A stretch of 63,003 bases of DNA, counting the filler, from Octopus bimaculoides (lineage: Eukaryota), in NCBI RefSeq assembly GCF_001194135.2. It is 7 parts of 7 records of this genome, joined end to end, with 100 filler letters (N's around TTAATTAATTAA, not from the genome) between each part and the next. Parts side by side here need not be neighbours in the genome. Positions count along the whole stretch, not along the records: positions 35,734 to 57,801 come from NC_068991.1; positions 57,902 to 59,825 come from NW_026368021.1; positions 59,926 to 63,003 come from NC_068988.1; 4 more parts are not named here. One strand, given 5' to 3'. A program made the position numbers and the translations under genes. Under the pieces are notes generated by a model that searched no databases, was not told where the DNA came from, and saw nothing but the letters and a program-made list of their open reading frames with translations. Positions 50,585 to 63,003 of the stretch are shown here, piece after piece. Position 1 is the first letter of the stretch; each line of letters starts with the position of its first letter.

Positions 50585-50812
50585 TTAATATTTCTTTACT
50601 GCCCCACAATGGGCTACACACAGAGGGGACAAACAAGGACAGACAAAGGGATTAAGTCGATTATATCGACCCAATGCGTAACTGGTACTTATTTAATCGA
50701 CACCGAAAGGATGAAAGGCAAAGTCGACCTCCGAGGAATTTGAACTCAGAATGTAGCGGCAAACGAAATACTGCAAAGCATTTCGCCCAGCGTGCTAACG
50801 TTTCTGCCAGCT
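50585..50812 (-). mobile_element. SINE family A, full length (AGCTGGCAGAAACGTTAGCACGC head)
   Basis: tRNA-like head with B box GAGTTCAAATTCC. Approximate other copies: 1756-1939(-), 3803-3965, 18268-18397(-), 24625-24822(-), 24846-24995, 26303-26467(-), 50330-50572(-), 55115-55279, 55617-55830, 56108-56290. Confidence 0.8.
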
Positions 50813-51060
50813 AAAATTGAAATATTAGTGCCTCACAGATCTTTTCTTTCATCCTTTACTTTCCTCAGTCATTTGACTACGGCTATGCTGGGGCAACGCC
50901 TTGAAGGGTTTTAGTCGAACATATCGACCCTAAGCATAGTACTTCTTCTATCGGTTTCTTTTTGCCCAAGCGCTAAGTTACGGGGAGGTAAGCATATCAA
51001 CACCGGTTGTGGGGTACAAACACAGATACAGAAACACACGTACATAGGTGTATACTTTCA

Positions 51061-51091
<31 letters not shown>

Positions 51092-51106
51092 ATACACATA
51101 CATAGG

Positions 51107-51144
<38 letters not shown>

Positions 51145-53919
51145 CATAATACATACATACATACATACATCATACATACATGCATACATACCTGCATACA
51201 TACATACGTATATTACGACGGTCTTCGTTCAGTTTCCGTCTACCAAATCCATTGACAAGCCTTTACTCGGCCGGAAGCTATAGTAAAAGATACCTGGCCA
51301 AGTGTCACGCAGTGAGATTGAGCCCGGAACCATGAGGTTGAAAAGCAAACTTCTTACCACACAGCCATGCGTGATCTTATAAATGTAGAAGAACAGAATC
51401 GGGAAACATAAATTAAATATGTATTTCGTATTTAAGTATAAATTTGAAACCTGAGTCAACGGAAATGGGTTCCTGCGCGTAGAAATCTCCAAATGGTTTA
51501 AAAGTATCAGTTTCCTATATCCAAGAGCCTAAAGTGCGTCAGCAGAAGGGCACATGACCTGAAAGCAGCTCAGATCCCTTAGATTGTAAGAGGTTAAGGT
51601 CCAAAATACTTGCCTCAGTGAGAGGTTACTTCTCTGGAGACCTGCTTTGCAGCAACCTTGAGAAATTTTTTTTACCACGATTAATATTTTGTCCCTATTA
51701 TCAATTCTGCTGATGCTGACACAAACTTGCATGCAGTCCAATATTCGTCTTGGAACGGAACACCATGGAGCGACGTGAAACGAAGTCTTTTGCAGAATAA
51801 CGCAATGAATGCACTACTGTTCTGGAGATCGAAACTAAAATCTTGCGATCGTGAGTGCAACACCCTAACAACATACATATACTTACATACATTATATGTA
51901 TATATATGTTTGTGTTTGTGTGTGTGTGTGTGTGTGAATGTATATGTGTGTGTGCATGTGTGCATGTATGTATGTATGTATGAATGTATGTATGTATATA
52001 TTTATGTATGTATGTAAGTATGTATGTATGTATGTATGTATGTATGTACAAACACACGCTGGTAAATAAATACATTTATATAAGCATGTACGTGTTTATG
52101 TGTATATATATGTGGGTGTGTCCGTGCATGTGCACATTTGTGTCTGTGTTTGTTTATTTGTTTGTTTGTGCGCGCGCGCGCGCGTAAATGTATAAAATAT
52201 AGTTATACCTGTGTCACTGTGTTCAAATAGAAACTTAAGTTCTGTTTCCGATTTGGCAGCAAAGAAATTCATGTTACACGGGTTTATATATATNNNNNNN
52301 NNNNNNNNNNNNNNNNNNNNNNNNNNNNNNNNNNNNNNNNNNNNNNNNNNNNNNNNNNNNNNNNNNNNNNNNNNNNNNNNNNNNNNNNNNNNNNNNNNNN
52401 NNNNNNNNNNNNNNNNNNNNNNNNNNNNNNNNNNNNNNNNNNNNNNNNNNNNNNNNNNNNNNNNNNNNNNNNNNNNNNNNNNNNNNNNNNNNNNNNNNNN
52501 NNNNNNNNNNNNNNNNNNNNNNNNNNNNNNNNNNNNNNNNNNNNNNNNNNNNNNNNNNNNNNNNNNNNNNNNNNNNNNNNNNNNNNNNNNNNNNNNNNNN
52601 NNNNNNNNNNNNNNNNNNNNNNNNNNNNNNNNNNNNNNNNNNNNNNNNNNNNNNNNNNNNNNNNNNNNNNNNNNNNNNNNNNNNNNNNNNNNNNNNNNNN
52701 NNNNNNNNNNNNNNNNNNNNNNNNNNNNNNNNNNNNNNNNNNNNNNNNNNNNNNNNNNNNNNNNNNNNNNNNNNNNNNNNNNNNNNNNNNNNNNNNNNNN
52801 NNNNNNNNNNNNNNNNNNNNNNNNNNNNNNNNNNNNNNNNNNNNNNNNNNNNNNNNNNNNNNNNNNNNNNNNNNNNNNNNNNNNNNNNNNNNNNNNNNNN
52901 NNNNNNNNNNNNNNNNNNNNNNNNNNNNNNNNNNNNNNNNNNNNNNNNNNNNNNNNNNNNNNNNNNNNNNNNNNNNNNNNNNNNNNNNNNNNNNNNNNNN
53001 NNNNNNNNNNNNNNNNNNNNNNNNNNNNNNNNNNNNNNNNNNNNNNNNNNNNNNNNNNNNNNNNNNNTATATGCATATATATATATAAACACTTACATAT
53101 GCATGTATGCATACATACTTTCATGTACAAGCACATATACACAAGTATGTGTGTACATATATGATACTTGTTACGCTTTGTTAGCCGTGTGCGTGCTTGT
53201 GCGAGTGCACGCGCCTGTGTGCGTTTGCCGAATATGCAATATGGTTTATGCACGATGCGTATGCTGAAATTTTGGCATTCATGTGCTTCTATGCGTTCTA
53301 GATCTCTGCAGATATGTTATACAAAGTCTGGTGCCATGAAGGCGGAAATTTATTGTCTTATCACAGGAATTTGACAAAATCATGAATATACACACGCACA
53401 TATGCACGTAGAGTCTATCTAAGTTTTGTATCTCCCTCTATATGTCTATCGACATATCTATCTCTCTACTTATCTATTGATCTGCCACATATATGTGTAT
53501 ATGCATGTTTGAACGTATTCATACACAGTTACACACACGCACACACACACATATATTTACATAAATATATATATACATACACATATATGTGTCTATGAAT
53601 TAAAGATATGTATGCATGTATATATACATATACATATGCAATATATATATATACATGTATATATACATATGGTTAAATATTGCTGTTTATAATGTAAGGT
53701 GCATATATATATATATATATCTTATATAATATTGAATATACACGTGTCTATATATATGTAGATATATATAGATATGTGTTTGTATGCGTGTGCGTGTGTT
53801 TGTATGTCTGTTTAAGCATATATACATATATGGGTATCATGTATGTATGTATCTATGCATGTATGTATGTATGTATGCATCTATCCATCGCTCTACCTAC
53901 CTATCAATATTTCTCTCTC

Positions 53920-53983
53920 CGCTTCTCTCTCTCTCCGCTTCTCTCTCTCTCCGCTTCTCTCTCTCTCCGCTTCTCTCTCTCTC
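53920..53983. repeat. 16-bp tandem repeat (CTCTCTCTCTCCGCTT)n running into a gap
   Basis: About 4 units visible. Confidence 0.85.
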
Positions 53984-54623
53984 NNNNNNNNNNNNNNNNN
54001 NNNNNNNNNNNNNNNNNNNNNNNNNNNNNNNNNNNNNNNNNNNNNNNNNNNNNNNNNNNNNNNNNNNNNNNNNNNNNNNNNNNNNNNNNNNNNNNNNNNN
54101 NNNNNNNNNNNNNNNNNNNNNNNNNNNNNNNNNNNNNNNNNNNNNNNNNNNNNNNNNNNNNNNNNNNNNNNNNNNNNNNNNNNNNNNNNNNNNNNNNNNN
54201 NNNNNNNNNNNNNNNNNNNNNNNNNNNNNNNNNNNNNNNNNNNNNNNNNNNNNNNNNNNNNNNNNNNNNNNNNNNNNNNNNNNNNNNNNNNNNNNNNNNN
54301 NNNNNNNNNNNNNNNNNNNNNNNNNNNNNNNNNNNNNNNNNNNNNNNNNNNNNNNNNNNNNNNNNNNNNNNNNNNNNNNNNNNNNNNNNNNNNNNNNNNN
54401 NNNNNNNNNNNNNNNNNNNNNNNNNNNNNNNNNNNNNNNNNNNNNNNNNNNNNNNNNNNNNNNNNNNNNNNNNNNNNNNNNNNNNNNNNNNNNNNNNNNN
54501 NNNNNNNNNNNNNNNNNNNNNNNNNNNNNNNNNNNNNNNNNNNNNNNNNNNNNNNNNNNNNNNNNNNNNNNNNNNNNNNNNNNNNNNNNNNNNNNNNNNN
54601 NNNNNNNNNNNNNNNNNNCACAC

Positions 54624-54659
<36 letters not shown>

Positions 54660-56334
54660 CTGTGTGTCTGTGTGTCTGTGTGTCTGTGCGTGCGTGTGTG
54701 TATGTGTGTGTGTGTTGTGTGTGTGTGTGTGTGTGTGTACAAGGGTATAGGGGCTAGGGATTGGAATATTGTGTCTCTCTGCTTGTCAACCGCTGTTTAT
54801 TTGTTTACTCTCTGTAACATAGCTGTTCAGCAAAAAATAAAAAAGATATAAAAAGACAAAAAACCCGGACAGAATTTGCACTAGACTTCAAAAACTTCTA
54901 AGTACGAGATCAGATCTGATCAATGACAACCCTCGAGGTGCTGCTCCAGCATAGGCAGTCTTATAAGTGAATCAAAACAAAGAAGTATTTTGATTTAAAT
55001 TAGTTTAAATTAATAATAAACTCAGTACCGGATTCGATGTAATCGATTTGCCACTTCAACCAGACTTGGTAGCTTTGTGTCAAACTTTGAATGCAGTATC
55101 CAGTGTAAAAACAAGGTGGTAAGCTGGCAGAATCGTTAGCACGGCGGGCGAAATGCTTAACGGTATTTCGTCTGCCGATACGTTCTGAGTTCAAATTCCG
55201 CCGAGGTTGACTTTTCCTTTCATCCTTTCGGGGTCGATAAATTAAGTACCAGTTACGCACTAGGGTCGATATAATCGACNNNNNNNNNNNNNNNNNNNNN
55301 NNNNNNNNNNNNNNNNNNNNNNNNNNNNNNNNNNNNNNNNNNNNNNNNNNNNNNNNNNNNNNNNNNNNNNNNNNNNNNNNNNNNNNNNNNNNNNNNNNNN
55401 NNNNNNNNNNNNNNNNNNNNNNNNNNNNNNNNNNNNNNNNNNNNNNNNNNNNNNNNNNNNNNNNNNNNNNNNNNNNNNNNNNNNNNNNNNNNNNNNNNNN
55501 NNNNNNNNNNNNNNNNNNNNNNNNNNNNNNNNNTTCGATGTAATCGATTTGCCACTTCAACCAGACTTGGTAGCTTTGTGTCAAACTTTGAATGCAGTAT
55601 CCAGTGTAAAAACAAGGTGGTAAGCTGGCAGAATCGTTAGCACGGCGGGCGAAATGCTTAACGGTATTTCGTCTGCCGATACGTTCTGAGTTCAAATTCT
55701 GTCGAGGTTGACTTTGCCTTTCATCCTTTCAGAGTCGATAAATTACGTACCAGTTGCGTACTGGGGTCGATCTAATCGAGTTGCCACTTCCTCAAAATTT
55801 TGGGCCTTGTACCTAGAGTAGAAAAGAATGATATAGATGGGAAATGCAAAAAGTAATGTTTTCAAAACAATCAATATATTAGTAGCTCAAAAATTGCGAT
55901 TTATGACATAAAATGTCCTCTAGAATTAGGCAGAGCTAATAATGACAAATTTTAACTACTAAATATTGTTAAACACACCTCTGCAAATGCAATGTGCATA
56001 AACAATTCACTTTAAATACAATGAACCACCGCCAGTGAGACTGTTTTTAACAATTCCCCAAATGGGGTTTTATGGCAGGTTATAGACTTATAACGTATAG
56101 TTTTAGAGCCTGCGAGCTGGCAGAATCATTACTGTGCCCGAAAAAATTCTGAGCACCGCTTTGAAATGAAATGCCTTTGAGGTCGAATTTACTTTTTATC
56201 CTTTCGGCGTCGATAAAATAACTAATAATTCAGTACTCGATCCGAAGTAATCGAAGAGCACACCTCCCCAAACATTTCAGAGCTTGTAGGTACCTATATT
56301 AGGAATAATTGCGTATACTTTTACACCAGCAAAG

Positions 56335-56622
56335 GCGCGTGGCTTAATGGTTAGGGTATTCGACTCAATGTCGTGAGTTCAATGCCCGGCGGTGCGTTTT
56401 GTCCTTGAGTAAGACACTTTATTTCACGTTGCTCCAGTCCACTCAGCTCGCAAAAGTACCTGTATTTCAAAGGGCCAACCTTGTCGCATTCTGTGTCACG
56501 CTGAATCTCCCTAAGAGCAACGTTAAGGGTACGCATGTCTGTGGAGTGCTCTGCCACTTGCACGTCAATTTCAAGTTGATCGGATCAACTGGAACACTCG
56601 TCGTCGTAACCGCCGGAGTACC
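56335..56622 (+). mobile_element. SINE family B, full length (tRNA head plus CORE-like segment; probably the octopus OR2-type CORE-SINE)
   Basis: GGCGCGTGGCTTAATGG (A box), GAGTTCAATGCC (B box), then GTCCTTGAGTAAGACACTT (CORE-like). Other copies lie at about 3255-3576, 9400-9642(-), 20405-20570(-), 25835-26152(-), 26160-26650(-) and 30185-30448(-). Confidence 0.8.
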
Positions 56623-57069
56623 ACTTTAATTCTACGTCATCTTTGCAAGGAGCACAAAAACATGAACAAAATAAATAAACAAGCATCTTTTTTTTTTAAT
56701 TTATCAATCGTGTTTTTAAAATTTTTTTTTATTTCTGACGAGAAATTCGGTGATAGATGAGAGTGAAATGTTATCTTAATTAATAAGATGAGTTTCGTTG
56801 AATTAATTTCGATATTTTGCTTGTCTGAAGAAAACTATTTTCGATTAATCCAAGCGTTAATTCATTATTTGTATGCAAGGATCATAATGACAGCATGACA
56901 AATATATCTTCGTATGCCCAGAAAGATTTTGCTGGAAAACTGTAAATGTATTTATGCGTGTGCTTCAGTGTATACGTACATGTATACAAACATACATACA
57001 TACATACATACATGTGCATACATACATACAGTCACATACATATATACATGCAAGCATACATGCATACAT

Positions 57070-57071
57070 AA

Positions 57072-57160
<89 letters not shown>
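57070..57160. repeat. Long (TA)n microsatellite; many other (CA)n, (TA)n and (TACA)n arrays occur throughout, often at gap edges
   Basis: Directly visible. Confidence 0.95.
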
Positions 57161-57162
<2 letters not shown>

Positions 57163-57959
57163 CATATGTGTATATATGTATATATATATTTATGTATGTA
57201 AGACACATATCTCTGTGTAAATATATATGCATATACATACGTATAAGTATGTGCATACATATGTGTGTGTGCATGTGTGTGCGTGTGTGTGTGCGGGTGT
57301 GTGTGCGTGTGTGTGTGTGTGTGTGTGTATGAGTGAGTATATCCGTATATAATTACCTCACACATAGACGTGATAAAGAGTGACAATTATTTAATATTTT
57401 CTTAACCACAAGCATGAAGCAACAACCCAAACGCGGTTTTTCTAGTTTGAAGGAATTAGATTTGCAGATCAAGATGGTCATATATATATTAATGTTTAGG
57501 GGAGTAAGAGGAAGTGCGGTAAAGTAAGAGTTTGTGCGGGTCGAAACGGAGTGACAGACGCACAGAAGGTTGAGCACATTCCAACCCCTGCCGTTACATA
57601 GGTTTACGTGCGAATTTCTCACTCCTCTTTATCAATCGCCTTGTCTCTCTGTCATTCTCCCTCTCTTTTTTCTTCGTCTCTCTGAACACACACACACACA
57701 CACTATTGACACTCACACATATATCAATAAAAACATGAATATACATACATAAGCATAAATATGTATATCAATATGCATATTCTCATATATATATATATAT
57801 ANNNNNNNNNNNNNNNNNNNNNNNNNNNNNNNNNNNNNNNNNNNNTTAATTAATTAANNNNNNNNNNNNNNNNNNNNNNNNNNNNNNNNNNNNNNNNNNN
57901 NATACATACATACATACATACATACATACATACATACAACGTTTAAATACCTTCATAGT

Positions 57960-59725
57960 CTCAAATATAGTATCTGAGTCTCAATGTGGGTTTCGCTCTT
58001 CCATAGGCACAATTGATTGTATCTTTAGTATTGCAGGAAAAATGCATTGAACAGAATCTTGCCCTATACATTCGATACTATTAATTGAAACGCTCTGTGG
58101 TTAATTCTAAGGAAAATAAGATGCCCAGAAAAAATTGTGAAATTGATCAGGGCTTTGCATCAAGATATGAAGGTTAGAGTTAATTTTGGTGGTAGGTTCT
58201 CTGAATCTTTTGCCGTGGAAAATGGAGTGAAGCAAGGAAACAAAGATACACCTACACTCATTGCAATATACTTTGCTGTTGTGTTGTCACACGCTTTTCA
58301 AAACTCTGAGGAAGGTATTTACATAAAATATCGAACAACGGGGAATGTTTTTAATCTGACCAGACTGAAATTCAAAGCAAAGGTTTTTACTTCACTCATT
58401 AGGGAACTCTTATACGCGATCTAGTCAATCGCTCTGAAACGGGCCTGCAGTCTCTTGTATCTGGATTTGACACAGCTTGCAATGATTTTGGCTTGACCAT
58501 CAACTTGAAAAAAAAGGAAAAACACAGTTGTAACGTGGTGCTGTTTGCAACCCCTCTAAAACTTTCGTTAAGGTTAAGTTACTTGAAGTTGTTAACTCTT
58601 TTATTTACCTTGGAAGCTATGTACAAAATGATGGAAATCTGGAGACAGAAACATATCTGAGAATTCAAAGGGCAGCACNNNNNNNNNNNNNNNNNNNNNN
58701 NNNNNNNNNNNNNNNNNNNNNNNNNNNNNNNNNNNNNNNNNNNNNNNNNNNNNNNNNNNNNNNNNNNNNNNNNNNNNNNNNNNNNNNNNNNNNNNNNNNN
58801 NNNNNNNNNNNNNNNNNNNNNNNNNNNNNNNNNNNNNNNNNNNNNNNNNNNNNNNNNNNNNNNNNNNNNNNNNNNNNNNNNNNNNNNNNNNNNNNNNNNN
58901 NNNNNNNNNNNNNNNNNNNNNNNNNNNNNNNNNNNNNNNNNNNNNNNNNNNNNNNNNNNNNNNNNNNNNNNNNNNNNNNNNNNNNNNNNNNNNNNNNNNN
59001 NNNNNNNNNNNNNNNNNNNNNNNNNNNNNNNNNNNNNNNNNNNNNNNNNNNNNNNNNNNNNNNNNNNNNNNNNNNNNNNNNNNNNNNNNNNNNNNNNNNN
59101 NNNNNNNNNNNNNNNNNNNNNNNNNNNNNNNNNNNNNNNNNNNNNNNNNNNNNNNNNNNNNNNNNNNNNNNNNNNNNNNNNNNNNNNNNNNNNNNNNNNN
59201 NNNNNNNNNNNNNNNNNNNNNNNNNNNNNNNNNNNNNNNNNNNNNNNNNTCCACCAAAACCTGCCTTCGTCTCATTGTAAACATTAAACGGGGCTCTTTT
59301 ACTCCAGACACAGATGTCTCTGAGTCTGCAGGCATCACTTCAATTGCATCAAGGATTCTTGAAATTTAAATGAGATGGTCTGGCCATATTATTCGAATGG
59401 CAGATGAACGCACACCCAAACAGCCGTTTTATGGCGAGCTTGTAGAGGGGATACGCAATCGGTTTAAACCTAAAAAGAGGTTTAAGGACGGTATAAGGAT
59501 CCGAAGGCCATAGAAACCCTTGCTTCGGATCGAGTTGGATGGCGAACAAAAGTGTGGAGTGGAGGGAAAGCGTTTGAGGAGGCCAGAATAACACAAGCAT
59601 GACACAAGAGAGATTTAAAGAAGAATGTTGTAATCGAGAAGGTGAATCTCAGTGACCTTTTTGTGTGCACAGTTTGTGACAAATTATGCCTGTCTTTGCT
59701 GGACTCAAATCTCATTTGAGGACCC
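57960..59725 (+). mobile_element. Decayed RTE (BovB-like) LINE: RT region to C-terminal zinc finger, with internal gap
   Basis: QCGFR, LQEKCIEQN, SESFAVENGVKQG, LIRELLYA, FGLTINLKK, RWSGHIIRMADERTPKQ, and CTVCDKLC...LKSHLRTH. Confidence 0.9.
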
Positions 59726-59925
59726 ATGAAAAACGGACCTCCAACTATTCTGCCTATATATCCGTGTACACATTTCAATGCCGTGTATGACATAAGGTCT
59801 GCAATTCTAACGGAGGCTTCAAAAGNNNNNNNNNNNNNNNNNNNNNNNNNNNNNNNNNNNNNNNNNNNNTTAATTAATTAANNNNNNNNNNNNNNNNNNN
59901 NNNNNNNNNNNNNNNNNNNNNNNNN

Positions 59926-60296
59926 ACCTCTACCCGGAATTCATTGCTGTATTCATTTCCAACCCTCACCTTACTGGCAGCATCTCTGTACATGGCTCGC
60001 ACAGCTCTCACTAACCATTCTTCTATCCCAAGTTTCCTCATTGACCACCAGATAAGGGATCGGGGGACACTGTCAAAGGCTTTCTCCATGTCAACGAAAG
60101 CCAGGTACAGAGGTTTATCCTTAGCTAGGTATTTCTCCTGCAGCTGTCTCACTAGAAATAAGGCATCAGTAGTGCTTTTACCTAGCACGAACCCAAACTG
60201 CATCTCATCTAAATTGATTCGCTCCCTAATTAGTTGGGCTATGACCCTCTCTGTAACTTTCATAACCTGGTCTAACAGCTTGATGCCTCTGTAATT
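59926..60296 (-). mobile_element. RTE-clade LINE reverse transcriptase fragment (little decayed)
   Basis: YRGIKLLDQVMKVTERV...QFGF...STTDALFLVRQLQEKY...AFVDMEKAFDSVPR in an open frame. Confidence 0.95.
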
Positions 60297-60313
60297 ATTA
60301 TATATATATATAT

Positions 60314-61183
60314 GCATATATGGGTACAGGACATCACCAACGGTGCAAAAAACATGAAATATATAAACAAATGAGGGAAAACAAGTGAAATATGTAAGCA
60401 ACGAGAAAAAATGGAAAACAGGACAAGTTATCGGATGTCTATCTACTCCTCATTTCGAGCATTCAACGACAATATGAATCTTCAAAGACAGTTGCTCCCA
60501 TAAATTCTAAAATAATATTTAGGATTTATGGAGGTTCAAAGTTGGGAACAAAAAGAATGACTGGAAACATACAAAGAAACTGAACAAAAACAAACATGGA
60601 GTGTTGTTAGACCACAATGAGAGGAAAGTAGTGAAAGCTGGGAGAAAAATGTTTTCAAAAGAGAAAAGATATTAGAGAGAGAGAAAAACACGTCTGCTCG
60701 TTTTGATGTCCGTGCAGGAAAAGAAAGATAGTCATGTGAGGAAAAGAAAGATGGACAATGGTCACATGTGAGTAATGCGAAAGAGAGAGAGAAAAGAGAA
60801 AGAGGGGAGAGAGAGAGAAAAGAGAAAGAGGGGAGAAAGAGAGCGAGATAGATAGAAAACAGTGAAGGAGATAGGGGGAGAAAAAGAGTATTAGAGAAGG
60901 ATGAAGGAAGTAAACAGTATAGAGTAGAGAGACGCATCAAAAAGGTGAAGATAAACTTACTTGACGCTCCATAAATCCTAAATTTTATTTTAGAATTTAT
61001 GGGAGCGACTGTCATTGAAGACTCATATTGTCAATGAATGCTTAAAATGTAGAGCAGATAAACAGCTGACAACTGATGAAGGGTCCTTTCTCTGTGTTAA
61101 CTTCTCCTGATTCCCATTTTTTCTCACTGTTTACGTATTTCATGTTATTTGCATCATTGGTGACGTCCTGTACCCATATATGC
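60314..61183. repeat. Inverted pair (about 220-bp arms, about 430-bp AG-rich spacer) of a Penelope-tail-like repeat
   Basis: Left arm 60314-60533 (gcatatatgggtacaggac...ggatttatggag) is the reverse complement of right arm 60967-61183, with indels. Confidence 0.8.
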
Positions 61184-62372
61184 GTGTATACACACACATA
61201 TATATATATCATCATCATCGTTTAACGTCCGCTTTCCATGCTAGCATGGGTTGGACGATTTGACTGAGGACTGGTGAAACCGGATGGCAACACCAGGCTC
61301 CAGTCTGATTTGGCAGAGTTTCTACAGCTGGATGCCCTTCCTAACGCCAACCACTCAGAGAGTGTAGTGGGTGCTTTTACGTGTCACCCGCACGAAAACG
61401 GCCACGCTCGAAATGGTGTCTTTTATNNNNNNNNNNNNNNNNNNNNNNNNNNNNNNNNNNNNNNNNNNNNNNNNNNNNNNNNNNNNNNNNNNNNNNNNNN
61501 NNNNNNNNNNNNNNNNNNNNNNNNNNNNNNNNNNNNNNNNNNNNNNNNNNNNNNNNNNNNNNNNNNNNNNNNNNNNNNNNNNNNNNNNNNNNNNNNNNNN
61601 NNNNNNNNNNNNNNNNNNNNNNNNNNNNNNNNNNNNNNNNNNNNNNNNNNNNNNNNNNNNNNNNNNNNNNNNNNNNNNNNNNNNNNNNNNNNNNNNNNNN
61701 NNNNNNNNNNNNNNNNNNNNNNNNNNNNNNNNNNNNNNNNNNNNNNNNNNNNNNNNNNNNNNNNNNNNNNNNNNNNNNNNNNNNNNNNNNNNNNNNNNNN
61801 NNNNNNNNNNNNNNNNNNNNNNNNNNNNNNNNNNNNNNNNNNNNNNNNNNNNNNNNNNNNNNNNNNNNNNNNNNNNNNNNNNNNNNNNNNNNNNNNNNNN
61901 NNNNNNNNNNNNNNNNNNNNNNNNNNNNNNNNNNNNNNNNNNNNNNNNNNNNNNNNNNNNNNNNNNNNNNNNNNNNNNNNNNNNNNNNNNNNNNNNNNNN
62001 NNNNNNNNNNNNNNNNNNNNNNNNNNNNNNNNNNNNNNNNNNNNNNNNNNNNNNNNNNNNNNNNNNNNNNNNNNNNNNNNNNNNNNNNNNNNNNNNNNNN
62101 NNNNNNNNNNNNNNNNNNNNNNNNNNNNNNNNNNNNNNNNNNNNNNNNNNNNNNNNNNNNNNNNNNATATATAGAGAGAGAGAGAGAGAGAGAGATAGAT
62201 AGATATATATACACACATACAATTCATAATCGAAGGTGCAGCAATGCTAGACTCTGAATGAATAAGGTGATGTAATCTAATGGAAGACAGAGATCCATGA
62301 ATCAGATACTCCAAAACAGTCGAAAGGATGGGAGTGGGGGTGTCTGTGTGAGCATAATATATATTCATACAT

Positions 62373-62409
<37 letters not shown>

Positions 62410-62569
62410 CACACACACAGACATACTGTAACTACACATTCTATCTAATAATTATACACACGTATCGTATAATTACTTCATACACTATTGTTACTTTCTT
62501 TCATGTCCTTATCTTCAATATATCTCTGATACATTGCTTTTAATTTACATATGTGTATGTGTGTATGTG

Positions 62570-62635
62570 TATGACCGTGTGTGTATGACCGTGTGTGTAT
62601 GACCGTGTGTGTATGACCGTGTGTGTATGACCATG
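62570..62635. repeat. 14-bp tandem repeat (GTGTGTGTATGACC)n
   Basis: About 5 units visible. Confidence 0.85.
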
Positions 62636-62779
62636 TGTGTGTGTGTGTGTGTGTGTGTGAGTGTGTGTGCGTGTGTAACGATCAGTTGTATATTTGGTTA
62701 CAGCATTTATGTCATACTGTCATAGTGACCAACTCCTCTTATGTGGTTGAAAACTGTTTGAAAACACACATATATATAT

Positions 62780-62824
<45 letters not shown>

Positions 62825-62970
62825 AATATAAACAGTTTGATTCACACTCCTTAATACTCTGAGTTTAAAGCATGTGGCTAGTCTTCAGTCATTGGGGTCT
62901 GAATGTAACTCCCAATAAATGTGTTGAGTGCTCTTCTTTCATTTGTCTACACATTCATATATTATATTGA

Positions 62971-63003
<33 letters not shown>

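Noticed and set aside
55030-55700. About 165-bp identical direct repeat (55033 and 55534 regions)
   Set aside because: It is perfectly identical and separated by a gap, so probably an assembly or haplotype artefact. Long reads would decide.
3255-56622. tRNA-like sequences with A/B boxes as tRNA genes
   Set aside because: All are heads of multi-copy SINEs without complete acceptor stems.
4264-62416. Long ORFs dominated by X, or by HT/YI/CV/LS/ER repeats
   Set aside because: These are artefacts of N-gaps and microsatellite translation.

Overview
AT-rich, gap-ridden, repeat-dense animal DNA. The SINE, RTE, mariner and Penelope families and the microsatellite load look like an octopus genome; this is inferred from remembered repeat families and not verified. 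The one firmly supported gene lies on the minus strand. It has 8 coding exons (33265 to 22664) that I spliced by hand through canonical GT/AG sites with consistent phases. It encodes an N-terminal extended Tudor domain resembling the first eTudor of the piRNA factor TDRD12, followed by about 555 aa of Ser-rich disordered sequence. I found no helicase, second Tudor or CS exons downstream in the window. Weaker gene evidence: an orphan plus-strand exon (34248-34382) head-to-head with that gene, a CpG/YY1-motif promoter-like patch at about 9.65-9.92 kb, and a candidate minus-strand exon at 5541-5633. The rest is three or more tRNA-derived SINE families, RTE, Tx1/L1, RLE-type and Penelope relics, mariner and maT relics, TTAA MITEs, a Helitron and microsatellites. 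The most unusual structure is a ~337-bp palindrome (15703-16039) of two head-to-head copies of a tRNA-like element. One arm carries a complete minimal hammerhead-ribozyme core with a palindromic, dimer-type stem III; the other arm has lost exactly that core by a microhomology deletion. Almost all long ORFs in the supplied track are artefacts of N-gaps or microsatellites.
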